In this document: positions 26,632 to 39,300 of the stretch, in pieces
How positions within the stretch are numbered: the first letter of the stretch is position 1
How the letters are laid out: every line of letters begins with the position of its first letter
Virus record (IMG/VR): IMGVR_UViG_3300025765_000001
Reading direction: 5' to 3' (one strand)
From: a virus
Taxonomy: Duplodnaviria > Heunggongvirae > Uroviricota > Caudoviricetes
DNA length: 64,000 nucleotides
Program-made: the position numbers and the translations under genes
The notes under the pieces: generated by a model
Databases searched by the model: none
The model's input: the letters and a program-made list of their open reading frames with translations, nothing else
What the model was told of the DNA's origin: nothing

Positions 26632-26892
26632 ATGGCTACGTTTCAAGCAGTCCGGTGTTCGGTTTGCGGGCTAACAGTTCGGCCCGGCAATTACGGCGAC
26701 CAGAAACAGGCGATTCCTGGCCCTCACTGGCCTGTTACGAACGAAGATACGTTTATGGCGTACCAATCGGACTATTGGGGCGATGCCGACTTCAGCACGT
26801 TCTGCCAGGGGAGTGACAAACCGGGGCCAGTTGTGAATTGTGAGTTGCTCTCGCCGCCCGAATCGTTCATCCCTTTCTTGGATGAGAATTAG
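26632..26892 (+). CDS. Small putative zinc-binding protein
   Basis: CSVCG..H..C; GGAGGT RBS. Confidence 0.5.
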   Translation: MATFQAVRCSVCGLTVRPGNYGDQKQAIPGPHWPVTNEDTFMAYQSDYWGDADFSTFCQGSDKPGPVVNCELLSPPESFIPFLDEN

Positions 26893-27296
26893 GGTACTGC
26901 TGGTGCCTGAAGCCCCAACTTGAACAGCAAGTAAGCCGCCAGCAAGACCCAAAGAATCTGCAAAACGAACCCGCCTATAGTCTTCCACCGGTTCTCGGAA
27001 GCGGCGGTAGATTTCTCTACACCCGCCATCTTCAGTTCCATCTGATGGAACGATTCTTTCATCTTCTCTACATCGTTCTGCATGGCAGCACCATTCCGTG
27101 ACTCCAACATCGTCACTCGGATTGCCAAGGCATTGATCTCTTTCAGTTGTGCATCGATCTTATCCTCTAGGTCTTCTTGTTTCTTCATCATGAGTTGAAC
27201 CCTTTCATCAACCCTCGTAGTCAACTCGAAGATAGATTGGATGGATTCTTGCACTTGTGAGTAATACGAGGCTTCATTTTGATTCGGCATTGCCAC
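26889..27296 (-). CDS. Coiled-coil protein with C-terminal TM helix (holin/haemolysin-like topology)
   Basis: Heptad-rich N-terminus, one C-terminal hydrophobic helix. Confidence 0.55.
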   Translation of the reverse strand: MAMPNQNEASYYSQVQESIQSIFELTTRVDERVQLMMKKQEDLEDKIDAQLKEINALAIRVTMLESRNGAAMQNDVEKMKESFHQMELKMAGVEKSTAASENRWKTIGGFVLQILWVLLAAYLLFKLGLQAPAVP

Positions 27297-27340
27297 TCCA
27301 CAAGGTTAAGATTCCTAGTTGTCACCGTATATATCATGTT

Positions 27341-27829
27341 ATGACTAAAGAAGACCGAGCAGAAACCAAAATTGAGGAGAAGACACCACTTTCGACGCCG
27401 GAATTAGAAAAACTACTTCCAACTATGAATGTGGGCATGGTCCCGCAGAAACAAGAAGAGGGTGGCGAACTATCTCGCCTCATCAGCGACGACGCTCTTC
27501 TAGGGGTCTATGCAGAGATCATGGGCAACCTTCGTGACGACCGCAAAGAGCTAGATGAATACATATCAACTTTCGCCAACATGGTCCTGAATGACGGTGA
27601 TGCTACTACATCAAGTAAAGAGGCGTTGGTGAATCTGGTGAAGATCAAGAGTGACATCCCAGACAAGATGGCGAAGGTCGCCGATCTGATGACCAGGATC
27701 AAGCTGAAAGAGCGTGATACTTTCCCAAGATATTTGGCGGCACACCAGAACAACACCATCAACATAGGCGAAGGCGGCTCCAAGCGAGCCTTGTTAGAAG
27801 CCATCGAACAAGCGAAGAAGGGCAAGTAA
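27341..27829 (+). CDS. Hypothetical phage protein
   Basis: Start at ATG 27341 after GTATATA; first gene of the long + strand cluster. Confidence 0.6.
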   Translation: MTKEDRAETKIEEKTPLSTPELEKLLPTMNVGMVPQKQEEGGELSRLISDDALLGVYAEIMGNLRDDRKELDEYISTFANMVLNDGDATTSSKEALVNLVKIKSDIPDKMAKVADLMTRIKLKERDTFPRYLAAHQNNTINIGEGGSKRALLEAIEQAKKGK

Positions 27830-29140
27830 ATGAGAGACTATATCATTCAGGACTGGCTTAAAACTCTAAAGGAGGCTGACATACCCGCTGCCGGTGGTCA
27901 ACCTGATCCTGCCGCTGGTGGACCGCCCGCTAGCGATTCAGGGCTAGCCAATGCCGGAAACCCGATGCCCGGCGATCCCAATGTAGCGGCTCAACCCGCA
28001 CCCGACATGGGCCAGGGTGGACCGGCACCTGTAGATGTAAACCAAGACCCGGCTACGCCAGATATGCCCGACGAGGAGCCACAGGCCAAAGACTTTGAGG
28101 TATGGAAGAAGAACTACCTCAAGGAGTCAGTTAAGGGTGATGTAAACATACTGAAGAGTCTGTTGAGTCAGGTTCGTGACAAAGAACTAGATGCTTACCA
28201 AACCAAGTTTGTTGAAGATAATTGGAGCGTCCAGTTGATCCGTGAGAACGCCAATGTGCTGAAGTGTTCCAAAGAAGTACGTTCAATGTTGAAGGATCAA
28301 CTTGATAGAAACAATCCAGCTACTTCTTTGGTAAACCACATCACCACGTCGCTAGAAACGGTGCCGATGCTGTCCACCATCTTCTTAAAGCTCGCTGGTT
28401 ACGGAGCGTTGAAGGGCGATTTACACCGCAAGTTTGTCTGTGCCTTGATGGGCGGCGTTCAAGTCGGCAGTGGAGCCAATCTGGAAGACCTTATCTACAA
28501 CGAGAAAGACTTCGCTATCCTTATCTCCACTCGATTCAATTCTCAGTGGGGCGACGTAATGTTGGGAGACTGGTCCCTGAAAGAAGACGACCCCAAGAAG
28601 TACCTGTCGGCCCCGGAACTAAAAAAGCTCACGTCCGGCAGCCCAGAAGAGAAAGATGTCCTTCGACGCCGTGTGGTGGTCGAATCGATAGCGAAGCAGT
28701 TCGAGACCAGAGCATTCATCATCAGCGTTGTTGACGAAGACGGGACAATCTACTGGTTTGGTTGGGATATAGCCAACTCTCTGAGGACGGCCTACTCCGA
28801 TGGCAAACTGGTGGTCAGAACTAAGGCTTCCGACAACAGCGAGGCCATGATAAACGGCAAGGGTGAGATAATTCCTCTGCTTGGTCTAAGTCTGCATTAT
28901 GTCAAGAAGACCGGACGGCAGGGCGAGGACGGCTTACCTGAGAAAGAAGAGTTGGAGTTCCTAGAGAGGAAGCAGGGCACTTTGTTCCTGTCGGCTAGTC
29001 TACAGACACTCAAAGAGGCTTCGATGTCTTTGGCCGGGGCTGTGTTCAAGGGAGTGCCCTACAACGGCAATCCGAGTGATTTGAAAGTGCTGAAGAGATG
29101 CGTTTACTCGGCACACGACCTAATTATGAGGCAGTGCTAA
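27830..29140 (+). CDS. Putative virion protein with Pro/Gly/Asp-rich N-terminal linker
   Basis: 436 aa, N-terminal IQDWLKTLKEA motif; lies in the morphogenesis cluster. Confidence 0.55.
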   Translation: MRDYIIQDWLKTLKEADIPAAGGQPDPAAGGPPASDSGLANAGNPMPGDPNVAAQPAPDMGQGGPAPVDVNQDPATPDMPDEEPQAKDFEVWKKNYLKESVKGDVNILKSLLSQVRDKELDAYQTKFVEDNWSVQLIRENANVLKCSKEVRSMLKDQLDRNNPATSLVNHITTSLETVPMLSTIFLKLAGYGALKGDLHRKFVCALMGGVQVGSGANLEDLIYNEKDFAILISTRFNSQWGDVMLGDWSLKEDDPKKYLSAPELKKLTSGSPEEKDVLRRRVVVESIAKQFETRAFIISVVDEDGTIYWFGWDIANSLRTAYSDGKLVVRTKASDNSEAMINGKGEIIPLLGLSLHYVKKTGRQGEDGLPEKEELEFLERKQGTLFLSASLQTLKEASMSLAGAVFKGVPYNGNPSDLKVLKRCVYSAHDLIMRQC

Positions 29141-29664
29141 TGACTCACAAGAAAAAGAAGACCTTCAGGGAGTTCATTGACAAGAAGACCAGAGAAACCA
29201 AACGGCAACTCGGTATCGTGCAAAAGATACTAGAGCAGCATGGTTTTGTTGTTACTGATTACTTGAAAGAGTCCGATCCATACATCTTCGTTAGGTCTTC
29301 TGAGAAACGTCTATCTTTTGACGGCGTTAGAGTCTACAAGGTCGGAAAGTGCATGGCTTTTCGTGTGCAGAAGGAGTCTCAGACTCATCCTTACGGGGAG
29401 CCGTATTCGTTAGACGTAGAAGAAATGTACAACGACCTTATCTCCGAAGATAAGTACGACGAGGAACGGGCAGGCAAGGCTGTAATTAAGGCAGTGGTTG
29501 CCGAGATCAAGAATTTCTTTGCCAAGAGTGCCGAAGCCGAAAAAGAAAACGACGCCGATAAAGCCGATGGTGTGGATGATCCGCTAAGTAGAGTGGCTCT
29601 CAAGGTTACAGGAACCGATTACGCTACCCAGGTAAGCTCGAAGGCGTTCTCTAGGATACCGTAA
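29140..29664 (+). CDS. Hypothetical protein (KTFREF motif)
   Basis: TAATG coupling with the upstream stop. Confidence 0.6.
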   Translation: MTHKKKKTFREFIDKKTRETKRQLGIVQKILEQHGFVVTDYLKESDPYIFVRSSEKRLSFDGVRVYKVGKCMAFRVQKESQTHPYGEPYSLDVEEMYNDLISEDKYDEERAGKAVIKAVVAEIKNFFAKSAEAEKENDADKADGVDDPLSRVALKVTGTDYATQVSSKAFSRIP

Positions 29665-29673
29665 TGGAGATAG

Positions 29674-30315
29674 ATGCCACCACTACCGCAGCCACAAACG
29701 CCGCAGGCCCCGAACTCTCAAACCGCTGCGGTGGGACAACTCTTTACACCGGCCAGTCGCCAGACGCCTCTTAACAACACGGTGCGTCGTGGGGCGATCA
29801 TAATGTTCACCTACCAAAACTGGATGCACGATCCTTCTCCTATGGTTTTGGTAACTGATGTACAACCTGGGAACCGGGTTCGTGGCGTCAATTTGCACTA
29901 CTTGACGTTTCCAGTCATCAAGCAACTGTTGAACACTGCTAAGATGTCACTTGGGGGTATTTCATACCGAAATATCACAGGACAGCAATATATAGTAAGT
30001 GCATTTCGCAGCTATAAATGGCAGTCAATTCGACAGCTAAAAGTCCTAGACGTTAATTACGTCCTCAATGCTCTCGCCACGGTCAGAAGTTTTGATCCCG
30101 CCGAAGTGGAAAAGATGAGGAGAGTAATCCAAGAGCAGCTTAGGAGACAGGTAAATCCACGAGCCGAAGGCCCAGAGCCGGAAGCCGAGGGCATAAATAC
30201 CCAGCAGCCTCAGATTGAATCAGCAGGCACTAATTTAGTTCCAACTGCTGCACCTAATGTACCAACAGTTGGTACGGTCCCTGTCGTCGGACAGCCACAG
30301 CAGGGCATCGAGTAA
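29674..30315 (+). CDS. T4 gp2-like DNA end protector homolog
   Basis: GAIIMFTY...DPSPMVLV...RGVNLHYL...FRSY resembles the gp2 core. Confidence 0.55.
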   Translation: MPPLPQPQTPQAPNSQTAAVGQLFTPASRQTPLNNTVRRGAIIMFTYQNWMHDPSPMVLVTDVQPGNRVRGVNLHYLTFPVIKQLLNTAKMSLGGISYRNITGQQYIVSAFRSYKWQSIRQLKVLDVNYVLNALATVRSFDPAEVEKMRRVIQEQLRRQVNPRAEGPEPEAEGINTQQPQIESAGTNLVPTAAPNVPTVGTVPVVGQPQQGIE

Positions 30316-30324
30316 CGGAGAAAA

Positions 30325-33300
30325 ATGGCACAAATTGAAGACCTATTAGGAAGGGTAGTAGAGAACACGCAGCCTATTGCAGAAATGCGAGAGTTCCTGC
30401 GTTCGTTGCTCAAAGCTCCTGCCCCGAACAAGACGGTCATGCCAGAAACGAAAGGACCGGAAGAAGAGACTCCGACCGATGCGAGACGAAATGAAATCTT
30501 GGGCGACATTCAGAAGATTCTTGAAAGGTCCGAAGAGAACTTCAAAGAGCAAATGAAAGAAGGCCAGAAGGCCGTAGATGACACTAAGGCACTTCTAGAA
30601 GAGATCGCAGCAGCCAAAGCAGCCCAGGGTGGAGATAAGCCCTCAACAACTAACGTGACGGTAGTTGTGCCCGCTGCCCAGCCAATCGAAGCAGGTGCAA
30701 GCGGTCTGACCGACAAACTCTTGGCTGGTCTTCTGGATATTCAGAAAAACATGCTCAGGTCTACATTGGACCTGAATGCTACTAGTAGATCAGTCGAGAA
30801 AACGCTGGCCTTCCTAACCAAAGAAGCAACTACACAGGGGTCAATTTGGGTCAAGGGCACAGTCACCGTCCTTTCTCCAACTATAGAAAGTGGCATAAGG
30901 AGTGTAACCGAAGCCATTAAAAGTGTCAAGACAGCAATGGCCTCTTCTCCAGTGGCTATGCCGGTGCCGCCTGTAGCTACCCCTGTGCCCACTCCACCAG
31001 CCCCAGCAGCGGCAACCAAACCAGTTACATCACTCCTTGGCAAACTCAAGGCGATGATCCCGGCAATGATCCGGCCAAAGGCACCTGCTCCACCCGCACC
31101 ACCGAAGCCGCCTGCTCCACCAGGAGGAGTGGCCCCAGAAGGAGGCGGTGGTAAACCGGTGAAGGTAGGCGTAGACCTTCCGGACGAGAAGAAAGGTAAG
31201 AAAGCTGCCGATGATATCGGTGCAGGTTTTTCCAAGGGGATCGACGATTGGCGGGCTGAATGGAAGAAGATGCTCCTAGACCCCTTCAACATCATGGCTA
31301 AGTCATGGATGGAGGTTCAAAAAGCAATCTTCGGAGGCATCGAAGAGGAACTAGAGTACCAAAAGCAAATTAGAGCTATAGCTTTCCAGACCCAAGGGGT
31401 GACAAGAGCCACAGAAGACCTGCAAAGACAGTTTGTTGATCTAGGAAAAACTGTTGGTGAAACCGGCCAAAATCTGACCGCCATGCAGCAAGAATATCTA
31501 AAGAACCTCCGTAAAGGCAACATGAGTCGGAAGCAAGCTCTGACTATGACCAAAATTGGTCTTAACCTAGAAACCATGATTGGTGCGGAAGGGCAGGGCG
31601 TCTCCGAGACCCTGTACGATTGGAGTTTGCATCTTAGGCTCTCTGTGAACCAATCAGCACAAATCAGCAGAGAAGTTCAAGACGTTGCTCGGTGGACTGG
31701 AATAACCGGGGATAAACTAGCAGGTGCCGTCAAGAAGGCAACTGAACTGGCAAAGGTTCTAGACCACGCCGGTACAGCAACAGCACAGTCCGTAGCCAAC
31801 CTCATTAGGTTGAATGCCATCGCCGAAAAATTCAACGTCGGTGATGCGGTGAATGACCTTAACTCTGCTCTTACTAGTAGCCACACACTGTTCATGAAGG
31901 CAAGCCCACAGGTCCAAAACCTGCTATTCGGGGCAACAGCCGCCGTTGGCAAACTAGGGCAATTGAAGCAAGGCATCATCCTTCAAAGCCGTGAAGGTAT
32001 GAGGGATATGGCCCAGGGTATGGAAATGATGCTGAGTAGGTTCGGCGTCACCTTGGAGGAAATTGAAAATCTAGACCCAGAGAGATTGATGAGACTCAAC
32101 CTGCAACTAGGTGAAGCCTATGGTATGCAGGCCAATGAGATCAAGAAGGTCATCGAAACCTATCGTGAGGCCAGCAAGGGGTTCGGCGATCGAATGTGGG
32201 ATATCAATAAGGAGCTTGAGAATGGCAACCTCACAGCACAAGAAAGACTGAAACTGGAAAGAGATCGTCAGCAGTTGGTGATGGGCGAGGGCTTCAGATT
32301 CCTCACCATGTTTGATGAGGCTGCCAAGAAGGGCGGTGATATGGCGTCGGTCATGGCGAACATGACCGGCAAGATGTCTACTGATATAAGGAAAGACCTA
32401 GAACAAATGGGCGTCTCTGTGACCGGCGATGCCAAAATGATGGGTCAAATCTTCAACCTAACCACCAAAAAACTCAAGGAAGCAGGAAGTAAGGTAGATT
32501 TTACTCCTCAGATCGAGGAGGCAATGGCATCGGGCAATGTCATCAAGATGCGTGAAGTCCTCGAAAAGATGAACGAGGAACAAAGGAAGTTGGGTGTCGA
32601 GACCGCCAAGAAGCTCGACCCGATGGCCGAGATAGCACACACCCTCAATAAGATCAACGAGTACACTAGAACCCTGGGCGGCAAGATGATAATGGGCATT
32701 GCCGCTCTCATGGGGCCTTTGGGCATCATTGCCTTCCACACAGGCGTAATGGCTGCCGCTATGATGCCAAGTGGTTTGTTTACTAGCTTGTTTGGAAAAC
32801 TAGGAGGAATGTTCAAGGGTGGGGCAGGAGCCGCCGCCACTGGAGCAGGTAAGGCCGCTGCAAATGTCGGTGATGGTGCCATCGCACTGGCACCCGCTGC
32901 CGCTCAACAGGCCATCAAAAGCACCGCCCCGACGATAGCAAAAACCATCACTCCAGCGGTCACAAATGCCGCCACTCAAAATGCATCTGCCGCCATCACA
33001 CAATCTACAATTGCTGCTTCTAGTACCGTTGCCGCCAAAGCCGCTCCTGCTGCTGCCGAACAAATGAGCCAAGCACTCGGCAAGGCTCCTAAAGGCTTTA
33101 AGTTCCCAGCAATGAACATCAAGGGCATGGGCAGTTTCGCTGCACAACTAGCTCTTGGTGCGTTGGCACTAACCGCAGTAGCCGTGGGCTTGGTTGCTAT
33201 GGCTTTGGTCATCATCAAAGTCACCGACGCAATACTAGGCATCGGTGGAATGGATGCCGAGAAGGCTGCGAAGGCCGCACTAAACATCGCAGCCCTCATG

Positions 33301-36300
33301 GGTGCAATGGCTGTGTTGATGGGTGCCGTCACGGTCAACGCCGCACTCATGACCGGCGTTGGGTATGCTTTGACACAAGTAGAGTTCATTGCACCGGCCT
33401 TGATAGCTGGTGCCCTGGCTCTAGCCGTTCTAACCCCTGCAATGATTTTGATGGCTGTCGCCATCATCAAAATAGCTGACGCCTGTGCCGGTCTCGGCGT
33501 AGACTTCAAGACCGGCCTAGAAGTGGCACGTAAAGTCGGCGAATTGATCGGTGTTGCAGCACTTATCTCCGGTGCTGTTGTGGCAGCCGCCGCTGGTCTA
33601 ACCGGCGTTGGTATGCTGTACCCGTATGTTGGCTATATGCTTCTGGGTGCCGCTACCCTTCTATTGTTGACACCTGCCATCATCAAACTAGCTCTTGCCA
33701 TCATAAATTTAGCAAATGGTCTGAGCAAAGGATTTGATCCTAAATACGGAGCAGTGGTTGGAAAACAAGTTGCCGACATTCTCATAGCTGCTGGGAAGAT
33801 AACAGGAGCTATTTTGCTTGCCGGTGGTGCTTTGGTCGGTATTAGCCTGTTGTCCATACTAACGCCATTCATGTATATCGGTGCCGTGGTTCTATATGGC
33901 ATGACAGATGGCATCATTAGATTAGCCCAAGCCATCATAAATCTGTCCGACAAGCTCATCAAAAAACTCAAGATGGACCCGGCTGCCGTCGCAAAGACGG
34001 CAAAACAGGTAGCGGTCATATTTGAAGCAGTTGGGCAAATTACCAGTGCTGTAACCTCTTATGCGGGCAAACTGATTGGCCTTGGCTCTATGGGTCTACT
34101 TGGCCAGATCATGAGCCTGGGGGCAAGTCAACTGGAAAGTATCATCCCGAAGATGAAAAAGTTGGCTATTGCTGTAGCCACAATGGGAGCGGAGCTTCGT
34201 GAAGCGACTGGAGAGATGAGCGGCGAGGATATAGTCAAGAGCGTGCAACAGATGCAGAAGGTCTTAATGGCCGTAACAGCGGTCATGAGCGACTTGATCG
34301 ATAATGTTGCACCTATGGCCCAGAGTTTCCTCTGGTGGGATTCGCCACTAGAAGACCTAGAAGAATCTATCGATCCATTCGTTGCCAGCTTTAAGAACGT
34401 CGGCAAGATGTTCAGAAAGTTGATCGAAGTAATACAGAGCGACTTTGGAACGATCAGGGACATGGCAGACCTTGTGCCGCAAATTCAGGGTGCGGGCAAA
34501 GTGCTTATGACTGTTACTGCCGTCATGCAAGATATGATCGATAAAGTAACTCCTATGGCAGATAGTTTCTTGTGGTTTGATTCGCCGCTAGAAGACTTGG
34601 ACGAGGCCATGCCTTCATTCTTGTCGAGCTTCAAGAAGGTCGGCACCCTATTCAAAGAATTGCTCAAGGTAGTGCAGTCGAGCTTCGGACCAATTGAATC
34701 GGTGAAAGAGATAGTGCCTGTAATTGAGGGTGCAGGCAAAATTCTTATGACTATAACTGCGGTCATGACCGACATGATCGAGAAAGTAGCCCATCTTGCA
34801 GACAGTTACCTCTGGTTTGATTCGCCACTAGAAGACCTAGATAAAGCCGTGGGTCCATTTCTTGCGAGCTTTGAGAAGGTCGGCGGTCTTTTCAAAGACA
34901 TCATGATGGTTGTCAGGGAAAACTTCGCCGCCGCCGAGAATGCCAAGGAGATAGTTCCTATTGTACAAGGGGCCGCTCAGATTCTATCTGCAACCGCAGC
35001 TATGGTTACAGAGTTGGCCGATGTCATTCCTGCGTTGACTGATGGTTTCTTGTGGTTCTATTCTCCAGTAGAAGACCTTGTAGAAGGTATGCCTGCTTTC
35101 CTCGACGCCTTCGAGCAAGTAGGTACATTCTTCAGCGGCATCATCGAAGTGGTACAACAGAACTTTACCGCTGGTGAGGCAGTCAAAGAAATTCTCCCCA
35201 TCATACAAGGGGCCGCACAAATCATCGCCGCCACTACCTCAATGGTCACTACGCTGGCGGATGTGATCCCCGGCTTGACCAATGGCTTCTTGTGGTTCGG
35301 CTCACCGGTAAAAGACTTGAAAGAAGGTATGCCCATCTTCCTAGCAGCCTTCAGGGAAGTGGGTACGTTCTTCACCAACTTAGTTGCAGTAGTGCAAGAG
35401 AACTTTGGTGCTGGCGAGGCTGCTAAAGAAATCTTGCCGGTCATCCAGGGAGCAGCTTCAATCATTGCTGCTACGACCAACATCATCACCCAGCTAACTC
35501 AAACTATACCTCCTCTCACCAAGAGCTTCTTGTGGTCTGACTCGCCAATAGAAGACATGAAAGAAGGTATGCCGGTATTCCTCGATGCCTTCGAGGAGGT
35601 CGGTACATTCTTTACCAATCTCGTAGACGTGGTACAACAGAGTTTCGGTGCGGGCGAAGCCGTTAAAGAGATCGTACCCATGATTCAGGGTGTGTCTCAA
35701 ATTCTAACCGCTGTCACCGATGTCATGAATGTAATGACGAGTGCCATCGTGCCGCTCACCCAGGGCAGTTGGTTTACTGACTCGCCAGTAGAAAATATCC
35801 GTGAGGCCATTAACGAGTTTGGCAACTTCTTCTGGGCTGTGGGCAATTTTATCAGCACTGGCATCGTGAAACCTATTGCTTCTACATTCGGCGATGCCGC
35901 AGGCTTGAAGCAAGTGGCCGAGAGTGCAAAAGCAATGTCTGTTGTGTTGACCAGCATTAGCGATGTTATGGACACAATGCTATACGCCATCGTGCCACTA
36001 ACCGAGGGAAGTTGGTTCAGCGACTCGCCAGCAGAAAGAATACTGGAGGCAAAAGATGAGTTCGGTGATTTCTTCTGGTCGGTGTCTTCGTTCATTGCCT
36101 CTGGCATCATAGAACCAATTGCACATAGCTTTGGAGAGGCCAAAGACCTAGCTCCTGTAGCTGAAACTGCAAAGGCTATGGGTGTAGTTCTACAATCCGT
36201 AGCCGCCATGATGGATGTGTTGACCTACTCGATCATCCCGTTGGTAAGCGGTGGTTGGTGGTTCAGTGCAGCACCAGCAGACAAGATCAAAGAATACCTG

Positions 36301-39300
36301 CCGAAATTCGCCGCATTCTTCTGGGCTACTTCAGGCTTACTGAGAGATGGTATTGTACTGCCGATCATGATGAATTTCGGTGAGGCTAAGAATCTAGAGC
36401 CTGCTGCGGCGACGGCAAACGCAATGGCAACGGTCCTGACTTCGGTAGCAACCGTAATGGATACGCTAACCAAGTCCATTATCCCATTGACGAGAGAAGG
36501 TTGGTGGTTCAAGAAGTCGCCGGTCGAGAAAATATACGAAGGCGTCATCAAGTTCAGTAGTTTCTTCCAGGCCATCGCTTGGTTCTTGAGAATGGGTATC
36601 GTAAACCCGATCCAGGCATATTTCGGTGATGCCAAGGAACTTGAGTCGGCTGCCGCATCCGCACAGGCTATGGCTAAGGTTATCCAGGCCATTCCGCCAA
36701 TGATGGATGCTATGACCCCAACACTATCGGTTATGACTAACAAAAGTTGGTGGAGCAAGAAGACACCGGCTGATAAGATTCGAGAAGCCATCCCATTGTT
36801 TGAACCGTTCTTCCTAGAACTGTCTAGGTTCCTGCGTGATGGTATCATTACCCCAATTCGTGCCTACCTGCCTAACGATCAAGAGGTCACGAGCGTTGCA
36901 CAGTCCGTAGTAGCGATGGCTACTATATTGACCGAGATTCCAAAGATGTTCGCAGCTTTGGACCCGGTGCTAAGGACGGTAACACACAGAGACTTCTGGA
37001 GCCGAATGACGCCTGCTGAAAGAATGCAGAAGGCTATGCCGCCGTTCAAAGATTTCTTCTTCGGTCTAGCTCAGTTTTTGCGTGACGGAGTTATCACACC
37101 GATCCGTGCCTACCTGCCTAACGATCAGGAGGTCACAAATGTTGCACAGTCCGTAGTCGCCATGTCTACCATTTTGACTGAAATCCCAAAGATGATGGCG
37201 GCGTTGGACCCTGTTCTATCAGACATCTCCGATAGAGGCTCGTGGTGGTTCCCGCAAAGAAAGAAGTCCGAACGTATTCTAAAAGCTGCCAAGGAATATC
37301 AACCATTCTTCCTAAGCCTCTCACAGTTCATGCGTGATGGCATCGTTACTCCGATCCGTGCCTACCTGCCAAATGATCAAGAAGTCACCAGCGTAGCCGC
37401 CTCTGTAGTGGCTATGGCGAAGATTCTACAAGAAATCCCGAAGATGATGACAGCCTTGGAGGGCACCTTGTCTGTTGTCAGCGACAGAGGAACTCGTTGG
37501 TTCCCGAAGCCAGCCAAGTCCAAAAGACTGTTAGCCGCTGCCGATGAGTTTCAACCATTCTTCTTCAACCTAGCTCAGTTCTTGAGAGACGGGGTGATAA
37601 CTCCGATCCGTGCTTACCTGCCCAACGACCAGGAAGTAACGAGCGTTGCTGAATCCGTAGTGGCAATGGCGAAGATTCTAGAAGCTCTACCAAAAGTCTT
37701 TGATAGTATCATGACCGGCCTCATCCCACTTATGCAGGCCGATAGATGGACTGGTCAGGTTCCGGCTCACAGAATCAGTGCGATGATGCCTGTGTTCAAC
37801 AAGTGGTTCATGAACATCTCAATGTTGTTGAGAGACGGCGTTATCACTCCGATTAGGGCCTTCTTCCCGAACCCGCAGGAAATACAGACGGTTGCCCAGC
37901 AAATTGCTGAAATGGCTACGATCATTGAGAACCTCAGCAAGTTCCTCAACTACGTCAGCACTAAGTTGATGATTATGTTAACCGGTTGGTGGTGGGGCGA
38001 GTCCTCCATTGTCCAAACGGCAAGCAGAGTATCTGAGTTCTCCGCATACTTCACTGGTATAGCGAAAGGTCTGGGCGAGGGTATTATTATCCCGATTCGC
38101 ACAACCTTCCCGCAACCAGGCGAGTTAATGACCATCATCCAGCAGCTTGATGGTATGCTGCAAGTTCTAGACATTCTACCAGTCTTCCTAAATCTGCTGT
38201 CTGAAAGAATGAAACAGATCAACGAAGGTTGGTGGTGGGGCCTACAGTTCCAGGTTGGCTCGTTCTCAACTTTCTTCTCCGACATAGCAACTGCTCTTGG
38301 AATGGGCATCATAGAGCCGATCAGACAATTCCCACCGGCTGAGGAGATCAACACCATTGTTGAGACGTTAGACGCCGTAAGCAATGTGTTGATGGCTTTG
38401 CCGGGGTTCCTTGCTAATTTGGCAACCACCATGCAACAAATCAACCAGGGTTGGTGGTGGGGTATGAGATGGGACACGGCGGTTGTAACTTATTGGTTCG
38501 GTGGTCTAGTCACCACGATCAATACCGGCATCATCCAGCCGATTATACCGCTACCATCCGCAGAAGACATTACGGCTCAGGTAAGCAAGCTAGAAGCCCT
38601 ACAGAATGTACTGACACTTCTGCCAACTGTTTTGGACACACTCGCCAAGGCAATGGAGAGAATGAATCGTGGCTGGTGGTGGGATCAGCGTTGGGAAGTC
38701 CGTCGGTTCGGTTATTGGTTTAGAGGAATGGCAGAAGCCATTGGTGGTGGAATTCTAACACCGATCAGAGATGGTCTGCCTAAGACCGAGGAAGTACAAG
38801 CCGCAGCCGACAAGATGCAAGTCCTTGCCGATGTCATGGATAACTTGGTCCATGTCTTCGAGACACTCGCCGAGGTAATGGAGAGATTCAAGAGTGGCGA
38901 GTTTGAAGGTATCAAGGGCATGGCAGACGCCATCAATCCAATGCTCGAAGAGGTTAAGGCTCTTAACCTTGGTGCATTCGATTTGAACCTGCCAAAAGAG
39001 GCTATGGCTATTGGCACGGAACTAAAGGTTGCCAAGACTGCCTTTGATGCATCCCTCGAAGAAGGCGATCAAGTAACAGCGGCAGCCGCAGAGGGTCTCA
39101 AGAAGATCGGAGTAACTGCATCTGGTGTAGGCGGTGAAACCGCCATCAAGGAGGCCACGGTAGCGGGTGCAGCGGAAGCAGCAGACATGAGTGCTGTTGA
39201 GGAGGCCGAGAAAATGGCCCTCGAACTCATGGAAGTTGAAAAGCTCAAGGTCGAAGAAATCGTAGCCGAAAAGCTTAAGATTGAGAATGTAGAAGCAACT

